From Owenia fusiformis (lineage: Eukaryota), in the NCBI GenBank assembly GCA_903813345.2, contig CAIIXF020000001.1:3658001-3722000 (forward strand): 64,000 nucleotides of DNA, in the 5' to 3' direction. The position numbers were made by a program, and so were the translations under genes. The notes beneath the pieces were generated by a model. It was not told the origin of the DNA and did no database searches. It saw only the letters and a program-made list of their open reading frames with translations. Of the stretch, positions 14,401-29,400 are shown piece by piece; within the stretch, counting starts at the first letter, position 1, and each line of letters starts with the position of its first letter.

Positions 14401-17400
14401 TCAAGGTCAAAGGTCATCAAACTAGGTCACACAACTGTGCTGTCTAAGTTTCTCAAAGTTCGAGACTACAAATCCGAATCAATATTTTTGTTTGAAAGTC
14501 AGGATATGCATTCCTCTGAAGGTTCCAAACTGTGTGAGCACAGGACCGTGGGTCCTATTTTTTTAAATATTTAATGACTTAAACCAATATTATTTCTACT
14601 TGCATCAAGTCTATTCTAAAAGGCACCATAAGACCATTTTACTTCTGCAATTCTAAAAAGTGAGGATTTTTGCAATCTCCTTAAACCTAAACAAGATTGT
14701 CCGATGTAAATTCATCTGATTGTATATCAATGTTATATATATTAGAACGGCTTTTATGTGTTTTGTCTTTATTGTCATCATTTGTGGAAATGTCACATTG
14801 GCCTTTTGGATAGTTTTGTTTTGTCTCCTGTTTTTGGGCAAGTGTAGTTGAAGCTGAATTCAATATATCTGAATTCAAGTTCACTTCAATGTCTATATTG
14901 TTGTGCTGTATCCCACATGTAGGGTTATGTCCTTCAGAATGTTCTCCTGAATGCTCAATTGTTGCATCATCATCTTTACTTATAGTTGCAATTGTTGCTA
15001 TGGCATTTTTCGAGTGAGCCTTCATGAAGACTTGTTTCACGGCATCTTTTATTGACTTTTGACAAAGGCTGTAAATCCAAGGATTAATGGCAGAATTTAG
15101 AACTGCAATATACTGAGATACTTTAATGGCATAATATGTGTATTTAGTTTGGACACGTCCATTCAACAGACTTGATGTAACAATTAACCATTGAAGCCAG
15201 CACGTCCAAGAAGCTATCATGATTATTCCCATGGATCTTGTTATACGGCGATCCTTTATTGTTAAGTCAAAATTTCCCTTAGTTGATCCTCCAGATTTAG
15301 TATTTTTTCTTTTCTGGGCTTGTTTGGTGAGTTTAGATTTCACTTTGATTTGTTCAGCTTCTTCATATGGTGTCGTATTTTGAATTTTTTTAACACTTCG
15401 CTCATCTGATTTAACACTATGAGAACACTGCATTTGATGATTTTTTTGCTGGGAGTATTTAGATTTTTTACATTCTCTTGATGTGGAAGGTGTTGGGTTT
15501 GACTGACCTAAGATATCAGACATTTCATTTTTCTGTTCATCCTGATTAGGTGTGACCTTTCTTTGATTCAACTTGATATGTCTTATTATAAGCACACCAA
15601 GCACTGAATTAATGATGAGATTTGCTAGGATGTGGAGCTGAAGAATTTTTCTATGCTCAGAGCCTAGTGAATGAATAAATAAACATTTTTTGGATCGTGC
15701 GAGTCCCCAGATCAATGTCGGTAATACAGCAACCAATACTGTGTAACCCCAAACAGACATTATCCAGATTGTCATATTTCTTTTCTTTCTCATTACCCTT
15801 GAGTAGAAAAATGGGTGCACAATTTTCGTGTATCTCTCTATCGCAATTGAGGATAACATCATGAATGACATGAAGCCCGCACCAGAGCCAAACAGCACTC
15901 TACAATAGCAACATATTGTTAACAATGTCTCCGGCATGTTATTAAAGAAATATGGAAAGTGATTGGTTAATATGTCAAATGGAAATATACTTGGTACTGC
16001 TACAAGAACGTCAGCCATTGCCAAATGAAGCACTAGTCTATTTGTGATTGTCCTGATACTTCGATTCTTATTGTATATAAGAAATACCAGTCCATTGCTA
16101 ATAGCAACAAATACTGAAAGTATGATTTCCATTGTAATGTCAGTGACAATTGCCCACTCTGGAAGCTTGGTTGTTGTCCAGTCAAAATCAGAACTGCTTC
16201 TGTTTTCTGCAGTTATGCTTATGTTTTTCTCCATAGCAATGTTGTTTGCGTCTGACATATTGGTTTCTGCCCACAGTCCCATGTTGTAAGCTGAAAAAAG
16301 TTAACATAGATAGTATTTTATCATGAAGGTGATTATAACATTATACAATTGTTGCCCTCTCCAGAGGTCAACTGGCAAAATGGTATACCGAGACTGTAAG
16401 CCGAGAAACTACTGTTGACAGAGACCGAAGGTCGAGGTCAACAGTAGTTTCAAGGTTTACAGGCGACGTATATGTTTTTGACAGTCGAGGTATATGATTT
16501 TGACGGTTGACCGAATGGAGAGGTCTACAATTGTTTTGTTAGTCCAAAGAAAGTTTCTATTTGTATTTTTGCTATACTTGTCATCTAGTAAAGTCAAAAT
16601 ATCACTTTCATCAACATTTACAAAATGTCCGTCTACCATGTTTTTTCTTTAAACAATATGACGTCATGAAACTTATTTTAAAGTAGCGGTCAACAGTACC
16701 TAGTAGCGGTCAACAGAACGTATTGTTGACCGCTAATCAGCCAATCAGAATGGAGTATTTTAGTTGAGGTACTAACAATAGATATTGTTTGCCATTTGAT
16801 ATTCATATTGTCTTTTGAATCATTTAATCATTTATTTTTCTTCTTATTGTATACTGGGATGTTTTGGAGCTGGGTTTATCTTGAGGGTAGTATGTGTACC
16901 TTCCACTTGTACCTTGTGTGGGACCACACAACCAATTGATCCTTCTGCTTGAGTTGGAATAGATAACATTTTAAAAGCAAAAATATGGTCCAGTTATTGT
17001 TATTACACCAGCATCATCAGTGCTTTGATTTTTGTAAGTCCATGAATGAAAACGTGTTTGTATGGACCAACTCTAACACATTATTTGATATGATTAAGAT
17101 GCATTTTCTTTGAAAAGCTTGACATTTTTGACCTCCCTCCATCTGTCAAAATCAGAACAACAATTTTTGACATTTTCTATAGATGGCGTATTCAACAGTT
17201 GAGATCTTTTGATTTTCAGAGGGAATTTTTATTCAAACTTTTTGATTCAAACTTTTTTCACTGACAAGACATGCTTGGGTATGATCGTATGATAGCAAAA
17301 CATGGCTGCAAATCTTGATTTTCTCTAAAAGACAGATCATTTGTATGGGTAAACACATGTTATAGCATTTGGTTGTGTCCTCCCCCGCAGCTGGAGTAAG

Positions 17401-20400
17401 TATCCTCCAAGATGGTGGACAAAATTCATTTCATTTTGATAAAGCTTCAAAAGCTAAACCATGTAAAACCTGGATTCAAAATATTTTGTTACGCAAACTA
17501 CAATTATAAGGTTTTGGTTGTAAAGAACTTCAAATAAATGCTCTAACATCTCTGAAATCGGAAAAATTGAAAGAAAACTGCTTCACGCAAGATGGCATTT
17601 ATCTCAAATTACATTTTTGATATTGATGACACCAAATGAACTGGAATCAAGGATGATACTAACTGTATGGGAAGAGTATAAGAGTATATGTACTGTATTG
17701 TAAATCTCTATTGAATCATGGGCTTTTAATTAATTTAAGTTGAAAGCCCATAATTGAATTAATCTTATTTGAATCCGTAGTTTGAAAAACTTCTTACTCA
17801 CATTTTGTGTTATTGAAATAGAAAAAATAATATAAAGTCCAACATTGATGATATAGAAATAACTCACCTGATTGATTTGATCTTCTAGGTTTATTGCCGA
17901 CAAATTATGCTAATGTACATCAGAATTTAAAATGCAAAATAAACTTAAACTGTTGTATTGTGTCAATAGTCATATGTCGCAGATCCCAAATCAATTAAGA
18001 AAGGTCCCACTAGCGCATCCTGTTTGTCAACTGGAGTATGACGCGAACAATCTGGAACTCTTGTTATAAAACATACTTACATAACAATACATAATACATA
18101 ATTGGTTGCTAAGGGAGAATCTCAAACACTTAGTGCCTGACTGATTTAATAACAGTATTAGTTCTCATAGACACGGCTTCATTGTTGCCTCCCAGGAGAC
18201 TGTTTTATCGCCTAAAACAGGATTTCATGCTGAGCTTGTTGATTATATTCAATTATCCTATTATCTGATATGGGTTATAATTATTATTAATGAGTATAAG
18301 AAGTCAACATATGAGCATGATGCTATTTTTTGGTATAAAGACATTTCACCCATTGGATCTTTCAGCCCTAGACTGATCACCCCCTAGCAATCCCCCTAGA
18401 CTGATCACCCCCTAGCAATCCCCTAGACTGATCACCCACTAGCAATCCCCTAGACTGATCACCCCCTAGCAATCCCCTAGACTGATCACCCCCTAGCAAT
18501 CCCCTAGACTGATCACCCCCTAGCAATCCCCTAGACTGATCACCCACTAGCAATCCCCTAGACTGATCACCCCCTAGCAATCCCCTAGACTGATCACCCC
18601 CTAGCAATCCCCTAGACTGATCACCCACTAGCAATCCCCTAGACTGATCACCCACTAGCAATCCCCTAGACTGATCACCCACTAGCAATCCCCTAGACTG
18701 ATACCCCCCTAGCAATCCCCTGGACTTTTCATCCCTTAGATGTTATACTCCCTGGAGATTTTTTCTTTTATTCAGCAGTAATATCTTACATAAAATATGT
18801 AGAAGACATACACATGCTTGACATTCTCCTGAATGTATAGACTGCTTATAACAATATCAATTTTAAAATACATGGCTTATTTGATATACTTAATTACTTT
18901 TCTTGCTGAATCTAATAATTGCAATTGCATAAAATGAAATTTTTACCCCCCAGACATTTCACCCCTGGACGTTTCAAACTTGTCGTCAAAGGATAAGAAA
19001 ACACTTAATGCTGCTACATGCATCTCATAATATTCCACTAAATTTGGTCTTAGAACATATATTGAACTTATCAAAAGGCACAGACCTTTTGAATTCACTA
19101 CTTGATGGAGCTCTGAAAAAGAAATGAAGCTATAAAAAGGAGAATCTTAAACCTGTAATCAAGTGTCAGGTATCTGATCAAATGAGTGATGCTATAATTG
19201 ATGCCCCTCTGATTGTTTATCATTTCATATTGGATGCTGCAAAGTGGTACAGTTAATATAACAGTTTCAAACATGACCGTTTTAGAATTGAATTTCTTAA
19301 CCAATCAGAATGCAGCATAGCTGTACTCTAATTCTCCATACATGCACGACCGATCTGGTTCCAGGAAGCTATGTATCAAATAGTTCTGTAAATAAAAATA
19401 TGTTCTGTAAAAGAAAATATTATCTGTCAAATACAAGAAAAGATATTTCACTTTTTGTGATATTACAAATGGGGAATCTCCCCGAACTTGAAGCAACATT
19501 CTCAAAAAAAATTTCAAAGTTAATAAACAATTTTTGATTTTGAAACCAAAGATGTAGATGTTCTAGATGTACTTTTACATGTAGATTTCAAATAAGACAT
19601 CACTTCTACTGAATTATGAACATTTTTTTAATTACGTAAAACAAGATTATTTCTACTCGCATCTAGTCTCATTACAAAGCACCTTTCTTATTTCATTTTG
19701 GTACTTTTGTTATATGAATCCTTTTGTGCTTTCAAAGCATTGGATGTGAGGAAATTGAACTGTTTAATAATATTATATATTGTTTTTCCAGATCGTCATG
19801 GGCAACCATTCATAATGTTTTCTACGGAGACCAAAGAGATGTTATGCATCAATTGTTTCAGAGACACTTCAGTGTAAGTGTTATATTTATCCAAATCAAA
19901 CAAAGTTCAGAGGGATATAGGGAACCCATCCATCGGCACATCTGTCTACATGTCCATCTGTACTGGCGATAACTCAAATGCTGTTGGCCCGATTTTGTTC
20001 ATATTTTGTACACATTGTATGCCTATGGCAGTAGAAGTTATGCCCGAAAGCTGATTTTCAAAATGGCTGCTTGTTTAAAAATGATTTGAAAATAAAACTG
20101 AAATAGCAATATGTTTTAAATGTAAAAATGTTGTATGGGACATTAATAAAGCTAGAAATGTAGATATTTTAGAAGCACATAGCAGCCATCTTGAAAAATG
20201 CCAGCCATAACACCCTATTTTATGATTTTTGCTGTACCTTGAAAAGTAATAGAGCGATTTTGTTCATATTTGATATGCGAATACCGGTATGTGATATGTG
20301 AAGGTGGCCATTTTGACAACACACAAAATTTTTTATGTGTGTTATTTTATGTTTTTTACTATAACTCAAAAAGTAGAAGAGGAATTTTGCTCATATTTGA

Positions 20401-23400
20401 TATAAGCATGGCATACTTTGGCTAGTAGGTATCCATTTTGAAAAATGATTTTTGTGTGTGTGATTTTGTTGAAATTTTATATATTCCTTCTTAGAAGCAT
20501 ATTTTATTTTCTTATGACAGTTTGGCTAGTGAGCAACCATTTTGAAAATGGTGGCCATTTTCATGTGTGTTATTTTACAATTTTTACTACTGTATTATTA
20601 AAAAAGTAGTAGAAGAATTTTGTAAAAATGGCAGCTATTGCTGTTCGATGGGATTTACTACACTTTGGCGTTGTTGTTATCTAGTTCTGTCTGATATTAT
20701 ATACACTTTATAGTAAACTAGTTAATATCATTCACATGAATGACATTAAATTTAAAGAATATTTATAGTAAGCCTACGTGTATATCCTGATTAGTGTTTT
20801 ACATTAATTGATCTTCTGTGACATGTTTGATTTACACTAATACAATGGTTTAACCAAACCCCGTCAAACTACTCACATGAATTAAAATCGACACCAGCAA
20901 GTCAAGTTGACTTTATAGTATTATATAAATAAAGTAGATTTCTGGCACATATATTTATCCCAACGAACGAAGTTCTGTAGGGATACAGTGAAGCCCTCCG
21001 TCCGTCTGTCCGTCCGTCCGTCCGGAAGATAACTCGAATATTTTTATAACTCGAATATTTTTTTTTAATTAAAAATGGCTGGAATTTTTCGCAAAAATCT
21101 TATGTTTTTCATTTTAAACCAAAATAAGAAATATTATTATTTGAAATTTTGGTAGTATATTAACAACATATTTCACATATATCCCGGGTTTTTCACCCTG
21201 ACCCCCAGGGGCCGTAAATGGGGGATCGGGAAAACAGGAATTTGCGTTAATTTTGAGATGTTTTTGAAGTATATCTTTATTATACTCAAATGAAAGGCAA
21301 TTCAGAGTAGATTGCAAATATTGTAACGTTTTTCTGATTCGGGCCTCAAAAAATTCAAAATGGCCGCATAATGCGGGATGTCGCAATTGTTTTCTGATCT
21401 CTTAAAAGTATGGCTATATTATACTCAAATTGAAGGAATTTCAAAGTAGATCACAATTATGGCATTGTTTTTCTGATTCGCGCCTCTGAAAATTCAAAAT
21501 GGCTGACTAGAGCAGAAATTTGCCATTACTTAGAGTTATCTTAAAAGTATGGTTACATGATACTACAATGATTTAAAATATTTATTGAAGGTAAGAGTAG
21601 ATGGTAAATATTCCATTGTGACTGTACAGATTGATGATTTATTAGTGTTCGTTGGGATTTGCTACTCCGTGGAGTTGCCATTTTCTACTTTACTTCCTGC
21701 TAAATACAATCCTACATATAATAATAAAAGATAATAGCAATTCCTCGCCTTGGCTCTAAACTCATTGATCCACTTAGAATTAAATTAAATAGTCAGGTGA
21801 CGAATTTGAATATTTTATGAAGAGGATTATCATTTTAGACATTTGCCAGAATTAGATTTTTGCACCAACTTATTATATTAAGAAACATACAAAAATATTT
21901 TCCAGGAGCAGCAGAGCCAATTGCATAGATTTGGAGAGTGCCTATAATGAAGGTTGTGAGAAATTGGATCATGAGGTGCTTGCAATGAAGGAGCTCCAGA
22001 ATGCAGTCCAAGATGCCATTGTGCTGGTCAAAGTTTTGCTAGATGAAATTGAGCAGAATGCCGATACAGAGAAATCTGCAATCAATGAGCTGTATGATAA
22101 AATTCAAGAGAAGGTGGCTGCAACACGGAAGACTTTACTCCAGCAAGTTGATAAGTAAGTGAAACGCAAGGATCCATAACTCAAAGGCATTCCCCCACAT
22201 TACCTTGAGTGAATAGATTAGAAAAATTAACAGTCTAACAGCCTCCCTTCCAATACCAGTGATGTCACACATCGCACCCAGTAAGACAGTATCAGGGCTT
22301 CTAAAAAATCAGGAGAGAATTGGGGTTTCTGTAATTAAAATGGGTGCACCCCAGTTGTCCGAAACCCAGTTGTCCGAAACCCAGTTGTCCGAAACCCAGT
22401 TGTCCGAAACCCAGTTCTCCGAAACCCAGTTTTCCGAAACCCAGTTCTCCGAAACCCAGTTGTCCGAAAAATTTAGTCATAATTTACCAGATAAAGGGGG
22501 ACGCACCTCAAGCCAGTTTCATGTCATGTATTTGGCAAAATCAATGGCATGGACGCATTCTGATGTATAGATCTCTCTCTCACTTTGAATTGCATCCATT
22601 ACACGGCGTTACCAGAATGACAGGAACGGGGGATTTATTTTACATTGTGATTCTAAAAAAGGTCATCAAAACACAATATATATTACGGAACAGTTGATCT
22701 TATCTTATTCAATATATTTTATATAGGCAAAATAAAATGAAACATTTTGAAACCGATAAAATAAGCTAACGCATAAAACTTTAAGAATAAACAGTACACA
22801 TATTACGTTGTCAAAATGTTTCGTCGCATTTAATTTCTTAGTCTCTGTCTCTTATCAAATCGTAAAATGTAAAAGAACAAAACATTCTAAACGTAATCAC
22901 TTGGGATTAACTGGAAACGAAGACAGGCTGTCCTCGTATCAAATTGGATGTTCTCCCATTCGCAAGAAGTTTCATTTTCGCCATGTACTCACTTCATCTT
23001 TTTGAATTTAATCTCTATTTCTCGAACAGAGTGCCTAAATGAAGAATAATTTTTGGTTTCAAAAGATGTACACGTCAACTTTACTCAATAAATGCCCACT
23101 GGCTTGGGAAAACTATTTCCCTTTTATGAACGCCCATCACACATTGGAAAAATGTTGTTCCCTCTCAAAAGCCCCATGGGGCATAAAGAAAATTGGTTTA
23201 AAAATTGTAGACCCCTATGTATGTTAATATGTAAACGCCACTTTGCAATCAGAATAGCATAATTTAACTTTGTTTATTTGAAGATCTGTATCACCTGTAT
23301 TTTCATCTTTCGACAGTTTTTATTAGGCTAAATACTAGCTTCACGGTCACTTTTCATTTGATATTACATCCTAGCACTATGAATAACATTTATAAATTGC

Positions 23401-26400
23401 CCTGATGTAAATAAAATGAAAAAAGTATTATTTATCAACAGAAATTTAAACTTCACCGGGCGGCTGCCGTGGGAAATGTGACTGCAAAAGTATGAGATCG
23501 AAAAATTTCTACGGAAATGCGGAAATGATAGACCGCACGGTGGCCGTTGGAAATGTGACTGGGGTGTAATTCCCACAAATCGGGGACACATATGCAATCC
23601 ACGTTATTCTTCAGGAACAGAAAATGCAACCAATGATAAAATAAAAAATTGCATTTTGAATCCGACTGAGTCTTATTGATCCTCATAAATTACCCCCTAC
23701 TCATACCAAGTTAAAATGTGCCCATCGTGCGCCTAGTGCTAATGGCGCTGTCACACTTGTCGTGTCCCGTCCCGTCTCTCAACGTTCAAAGCATTCAGGC
23801 CAAAATTTAAGGAATAAGCTATAAGCTTAGTGAGCTGTTTCAGAACGCCGTCTGAAACGCGTTCTGATTCTGAACCCACTGTATTCATTGGACGGTGGGA
23901 GGTCGTCCATGCTTACACTTTCCGTATCTGACCCTATTATCACACTAAACTAGTTCTCACTACGCTCTCGAGAACGGGCTTAAACTGTATGGACGGATTG
24001 GAAGTACTTAGAACCGTTTGGGGTCTACTTGCCTACCCGAAAGGGTAGTTCCAAAATTTCCACGTGGTCATCACTTTCTGCAATCACGCGGTCTTCGACC
24101 GTTAATTGGAATTTTTGACCTACCAGATGCTTGAAAATCAAGGATTGCGAGTCTGATACTGCACCTTTTTTCTTCCATTATACCATTAAAAGCAAAACAA
24201 AATTGCACTTCTGTCAGTGCATTACTTTATTGTAAAGAGTCTCTCGTTCTAGCAGCGTTTTGGTCCGCACTCCCCAGCTGTTAGAAGGCCTTCTTACAGC
24301 TGGGGACCAAAATTACGCTGGAAGTAGGAACTCTGTTTAAGATAACTAGAAGATTGCAAGCAATCTTACGGAGGCCCCGTAGGCTTTTTTGAACATTTAA
24401 AGGTCAGCCAAAGGTCAAATCTTAAATACAAGGACATATATGAACTCCAGGCATCTTGTAGATGATTTTAAAAAAAAAGTTTGGTCAATTTGAAGCAATG
24501 TGAAATTTGACCTTGAAAAATTTCAACATTAGACCTTTTTCAGTTTTTGAGGTCCAATATCTCAAAACTGGTGCAGAATTTTAATAGATAATCAATTGTT
24601 ATTATGTGTAAAACCTTTAGAGGAATATATATCCTGACTTTAATTCAAAAATATTGATTTGTAGTCACAAACTTTGAGAAACTTAGAAAACACAGTTTGT
24701 GATCTTGTTTGATGACCTTGACCTTTGACCTTACAGGTTTTACTTTTTTAGACCTCAGTATATCTTTTCTGATTGAAGAAACCTAAATTTGAATCCAGAA
24801 AATCAATTTGAAAAATTAACTTTTTTGACCTTTCGAAGGTCACTGAAGGTCAACTAAAGGTCATAGTTCAAAACTAAGGTCAGATTTGAGTTCCTGAGAT
24901 CTTGTAGATGCTTTTTTAAAAAAAGTTTGGTCAATTTAGAGCAAGTTTAAATTTTACCTTGAAAAATTTTGAAATTTGACCTTTTTTCAGTTTTTGAGTT
25001 CTAATATCTCAAAACTGGAGCAAAATTTTAATAAATAGTCAATTGCTAATATGTGTAGAACCTTTAGAGGAATATATATTCTGACTTTCAGTAAAAAAAA
25101 TTGATTTGTAGTCTCCAATTTTGAGAAACTTAGAAAACACAGTTTGTGATTTCGTTTGATGACCTTGACCTTTGACCTTGCAAATTTTACTTTTTTAGAC
25201 CTCAGAAGATCTTTTGTGAATAAATATACCTAAATTTGAATCCAGAAAATCGATTTGAAAAATCAACTTTTTTGACCTTTCGGAGGTCACTGAAGGTCAA
25301 CCAAAGGTCAAAGGTCAAAAGTAAGGTCAGATTTGGAATCCTGAGAATTTGTAGAAGAGTTTTAAAAAAAAATTTGGTCAATTTGAAGCAAGTTGAAAAA
25401 TGACCTTTTTTGACCGTTTTTTGACCTTCAATATCTCAAAATCTAGGCAAAATTTGTCTAGACGGCAAAAGGCTAAGACTAATAGAATACTAATATCTAT
25501 CTGTATGCAAAAATTCAGCCAAAAATATTGAAGTGTAGTGTCAGGATTTGAGAAACTTGAAAAAAACTTAGAGTTGACCTAGATTTTGACCTTTGACCTT
25601 GACCTAGATAAAAATTCCTTTCCCGCCAAGTTCAGCCAAGCTTCCTAGTAGGAGCATATAAGAGTTAACTCAGACCTAGCTAGAAGTAGGAGAAAAAGAG
25701 GGAGGAAGAATAAATAATAAAGAATAATAATAATAATATCTACAAAATTGATAGGAGGCCCCCCGATGGGGCCTCCTAATAACGTACCATCAGAAAGAGA
25801 TTTTTGTCATGCTTTGAATGGAACAAGTTTGAAGAAAAACGGTGCAGTATGAGACTCGTAATCCTTGATTTTCAAATATCCGGTACGTCAAAAATTCAAA
25901 TTAACGGTCGAAGTTAGGACCGCGTGGCAATTATATCGAGTGACAATGTACTAACGACGAACAGGACGTGGGGCAAAGGTTGAACTGTCTCAGAATGTAT
26001 TGGGAACGAGGTAGAAATAAAGAATTCATATGAACGAGTCATGCAAGATACTAAAGAGATACAAATGCATTTTGATACTCAGTTTTTGGGCAATTAAATC
26101 TCCCTGTCTGCATTGAGTAAGCCTAGTTATTTATTGTCCGGTGTATAATTTTTAAACATTATCCTAATTTTTCACAAAACTTTTTTTGATTCTGCAATAG
26201 TTAATGGTTGACATCTATGGCACACTAAAAACGAGTTTTTTTATGCAGGGTACGTACATGATACAAATCAAATCTTGGCTCTACTACAAACTATTACACA
26301 CTTACTTCAACAGTTCAATATATCGCAAAACACAGTTTTGATTTTGAACAATATCACCAATGGGAGAAATTCTTAAATCTAAATGTTTGGAAAGGAATAC

Positions 26401-29400
26401 GTTTCTACTAAAACATACAAACCTCTTATATTATGATGAAAAAGGATAGACATCTGATATGTATAATGCCACATATATAAGTTATACGAAATGAGCATAT
26501 TTTATTGATTTATCGAAAATTTGGACGAAATCTTAACAGTGGGTGGTACTGAACAACCAAAATCTTCTTTTTAGATATTTTTCAGGGTAGAAATATTATC
26601 AATTGATATTGGAAAACATAATTAACCATATTTTATTGAGAAAAGGGAATGAAAAAAATCATCAAATGAATATAATTGTCACGGACGTCCATACGTTATT
26701 CTAATGAGATAGATGTTCCTTTCGCCAGAATATTCTCTTCGACTGTGATAATTGTCTAAAATGTTGGCGGCAGTCTTGAATTTTCACCAAGAAGGAGTGC
26801 GATTCGTGCTGGACAATGCGGTTCAAAACTTGTAGAATGTCCATATAAGTCTATGTGCCGAGAATCTAGTAAGAATATATATATGATCGTGAACTTTCGG
26901 ACCCATTATTGACTGGGCTAACCGATGTCAACGTGATACCAATATTATGCTGTCCTGATTCGCGAGGTTGCGACAAGATTCGTTACTAAGAAATTTAATT
27001 TTTTAATTTTCGGAGAACTGGGTTTCGGAGAACTGGGTTTCGGAAAAATGGGTTTCGGAAAACTGGGTTTCGGACAACTGGGTTTTGGACAACTGGGTTT
27101 CGGACAACTGGGTTGACCCCAATTAAAATGACAATTCGAAAAAGATAATCTTGATTACTTATAATAAATAAAGGAGAAAAATTAGGGTAAACATTTCAAT
27201 AAATTGGTAGTTGTTAACATGAAATTTTGGTGTCCCATGTGAACAAGGGAAAGATCTGAAGATTATATAAAAAATGTGGATTTTTGAAAATCAAGGTTTT
27301 GACTAAAGAATCTGGGTAAGCACTAAAAATCTTGATTACCAATAGGTGGGTATTTCTAATATATGCTCATTTATGTAAGTCATGATGAGTTCAGATAAAT
27401 TAGATAAGTTCATGACAACCTAATTCATCATGACATTCAGCAATTCTACATTGACGTTTCATTCTGTTGATATTTGATATTTGAACAAAGAAGAAAGTGA
27501 GGATAGCTTACCTTAAAGTGGAAAGTGGCTTTATTGGTTTGAATAATAAAAAATGTTGCCTTTTGTTATATTATATCTGCTGTCTGCCTTTGTATATATT
27601 TTTTAAAATAGATCATTAGCTCTCTGTAGTGTCTAAATTGAAAACCTAGTTTTTTAAAATATTTTACGAGTTATTATTATTTTACGAGTTTATTTTTATA
27701 TTTTATCGTATATATGTCCCCAGGAAAGTAAATTTCCATTAAAGTTCATAATTTCCTTTTTGAGATTGTTTGGATGAATATTTAATCTCCCAATCTCTGA
27801 CCCCTTACCCCTTAGATAGTAAGTTAATAGTGTCTTTAAACAATACCAATAACAATACCAACAATTTTGCTCGACTGGGTGTTCACAAAGCCAAGAGGCC
27901 TTCATTTCAAGTTCTTACAAATATGACTTATGGAATTTGTTTTCCTGGGTTAATATCACAGGCTATTTAATAAACTTAATATCAATTTCCAGAAATTTTC
28001 ATTTTGTATTGTCTTCTTTGCAGTCAATATAAAGAGAAAGACAAGATTTTCAAGGAGCAGCTGTGCCAGCTAAGTGCCTTACTCCCCACGTTACATGTAC
28101 ATCTTGCAATGGCCTCCTCATTCTCAAGTTCTGCAAACAAATTTGAGTTTCTAGAGCTTGGATATGTAAGTGAAGTTAATTATGACTTAATTAATTGTTG
28201 TTTTACATTACTTTTTAAGTTTTCTTTTCTATTTTGCCATTGGATTTTATGAGAGAATATTTGAATATTATGAGGTTATATAATGGTTCATTCTGTATAT
28301 CGTGTTTATACTCGAGTGTATAATACACTATATACTATATAATATATTCACAAGTGAGCGTAGCGAACGAGTGAATATATTATATTCTCACGAGAGTATA
28401 AAATGCACGATATACGGAATGAACCATTATATAATCTTATTATGCCACTCTAAGTTTAATTACAGTTGATTCAAACACAATCATAACAATTATAAAAACC
28501 ATAAAAATATCCCATAGCCAACTCAGTAATGCCGATGTTGATCTCGATCCATTTATGACGTCACTTGATTCTAGCAAATCATGTGGGAACCATTTATGAC
28601 GTCACTTGATTCTAGGAAATCATGTGTAACAAAACATACGCCTCGTGCTTCGGTCAATATTCATTAGTTCCCAGAATGCACTTCTACAGTGGTATACGCT
28701 GGAGTGTATATGGAGGAGTTGTATACGATGACGATATACCACTCTCCACTGTATATAGTTGTTATAGACCCATGTTATACAACTGTAATCGGACTTAAAG
28801 TGGTATAATACTATTTATACTAATAAATATATTTGTACAGAGGGAGGACAATATTTAGTATGTAAATCCAGTAAAATTAGGTCATATGAAAGCAACACAT
28901 ATTTTCTCATATCTAAGTGGTACAAATCATGTTTTTTTATTGTAGTATTTGAAGCTATGGTTACAGAATGATGTATTGTAATAGTTTAAATTTGGACTTT
29001 CAGGATTGATTTTTTATAAGAGTATATTCACTCTACTATACCTAACCCCTAGAAATGCATAAGATACTCTGTTTGTCCAATTGTATTGTTTAGTATATTT
29101 TTGAAAGTGCCTTTGTAACATCTAACATTCAACCGATAAACCATTAATAAGGAACAGACAAATAAAAACAAATAACATAATCATTACTAATAAGCCAAAT
29201 GGGTTGTGCATGAACACCCAATGCAAGGCATAGTAGAGTGATACTTTAGTGTGTTTATCCCAGTATTTGTGTAAAACACAATATATCTCATTGTGGTAGG
29301 ATACAGGGTAACAGAATATAAGAGCTGTTAAAATATTAACATATTCAGTACGCATAACTAAAATAGCACTTTCTGCAGTATCCATTCAATACACTTTGGG

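Larger units (their letters stand above)
22342..27120. mobile_element. Mutator/Foldback-like element, 4.8 kb, no transposase ORF
   Basis: 9-bp TSD AATTAAAAT (22333-22341 and 27121-27129). GGG termini. TIRs built from 15-bp tandem units CCCAGTTGTCCGAAA (~8 left, ~7 inverted right). Confidence 0.85.

Noticed and set aside
16044-16289. Antisense ORFs over real exons (also 32537-32962, 39625-39840, 40308-40614, 55068-55421, 56419-57032)
   Set aside because: Shadow frames of the genuine coding strands.
18377-18715. GDQSRGLL-repeat ORF or CRISPR-like array
   Set aside because: Pure 27-bp minisatellite with no unique spacers and no cas genes, in a eukaryotic intron.
22259-22697. SETQL and PKPSC repeat ORFs
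   Set aside because: Translations of the 15-bp tandem units in a transposon TIR.
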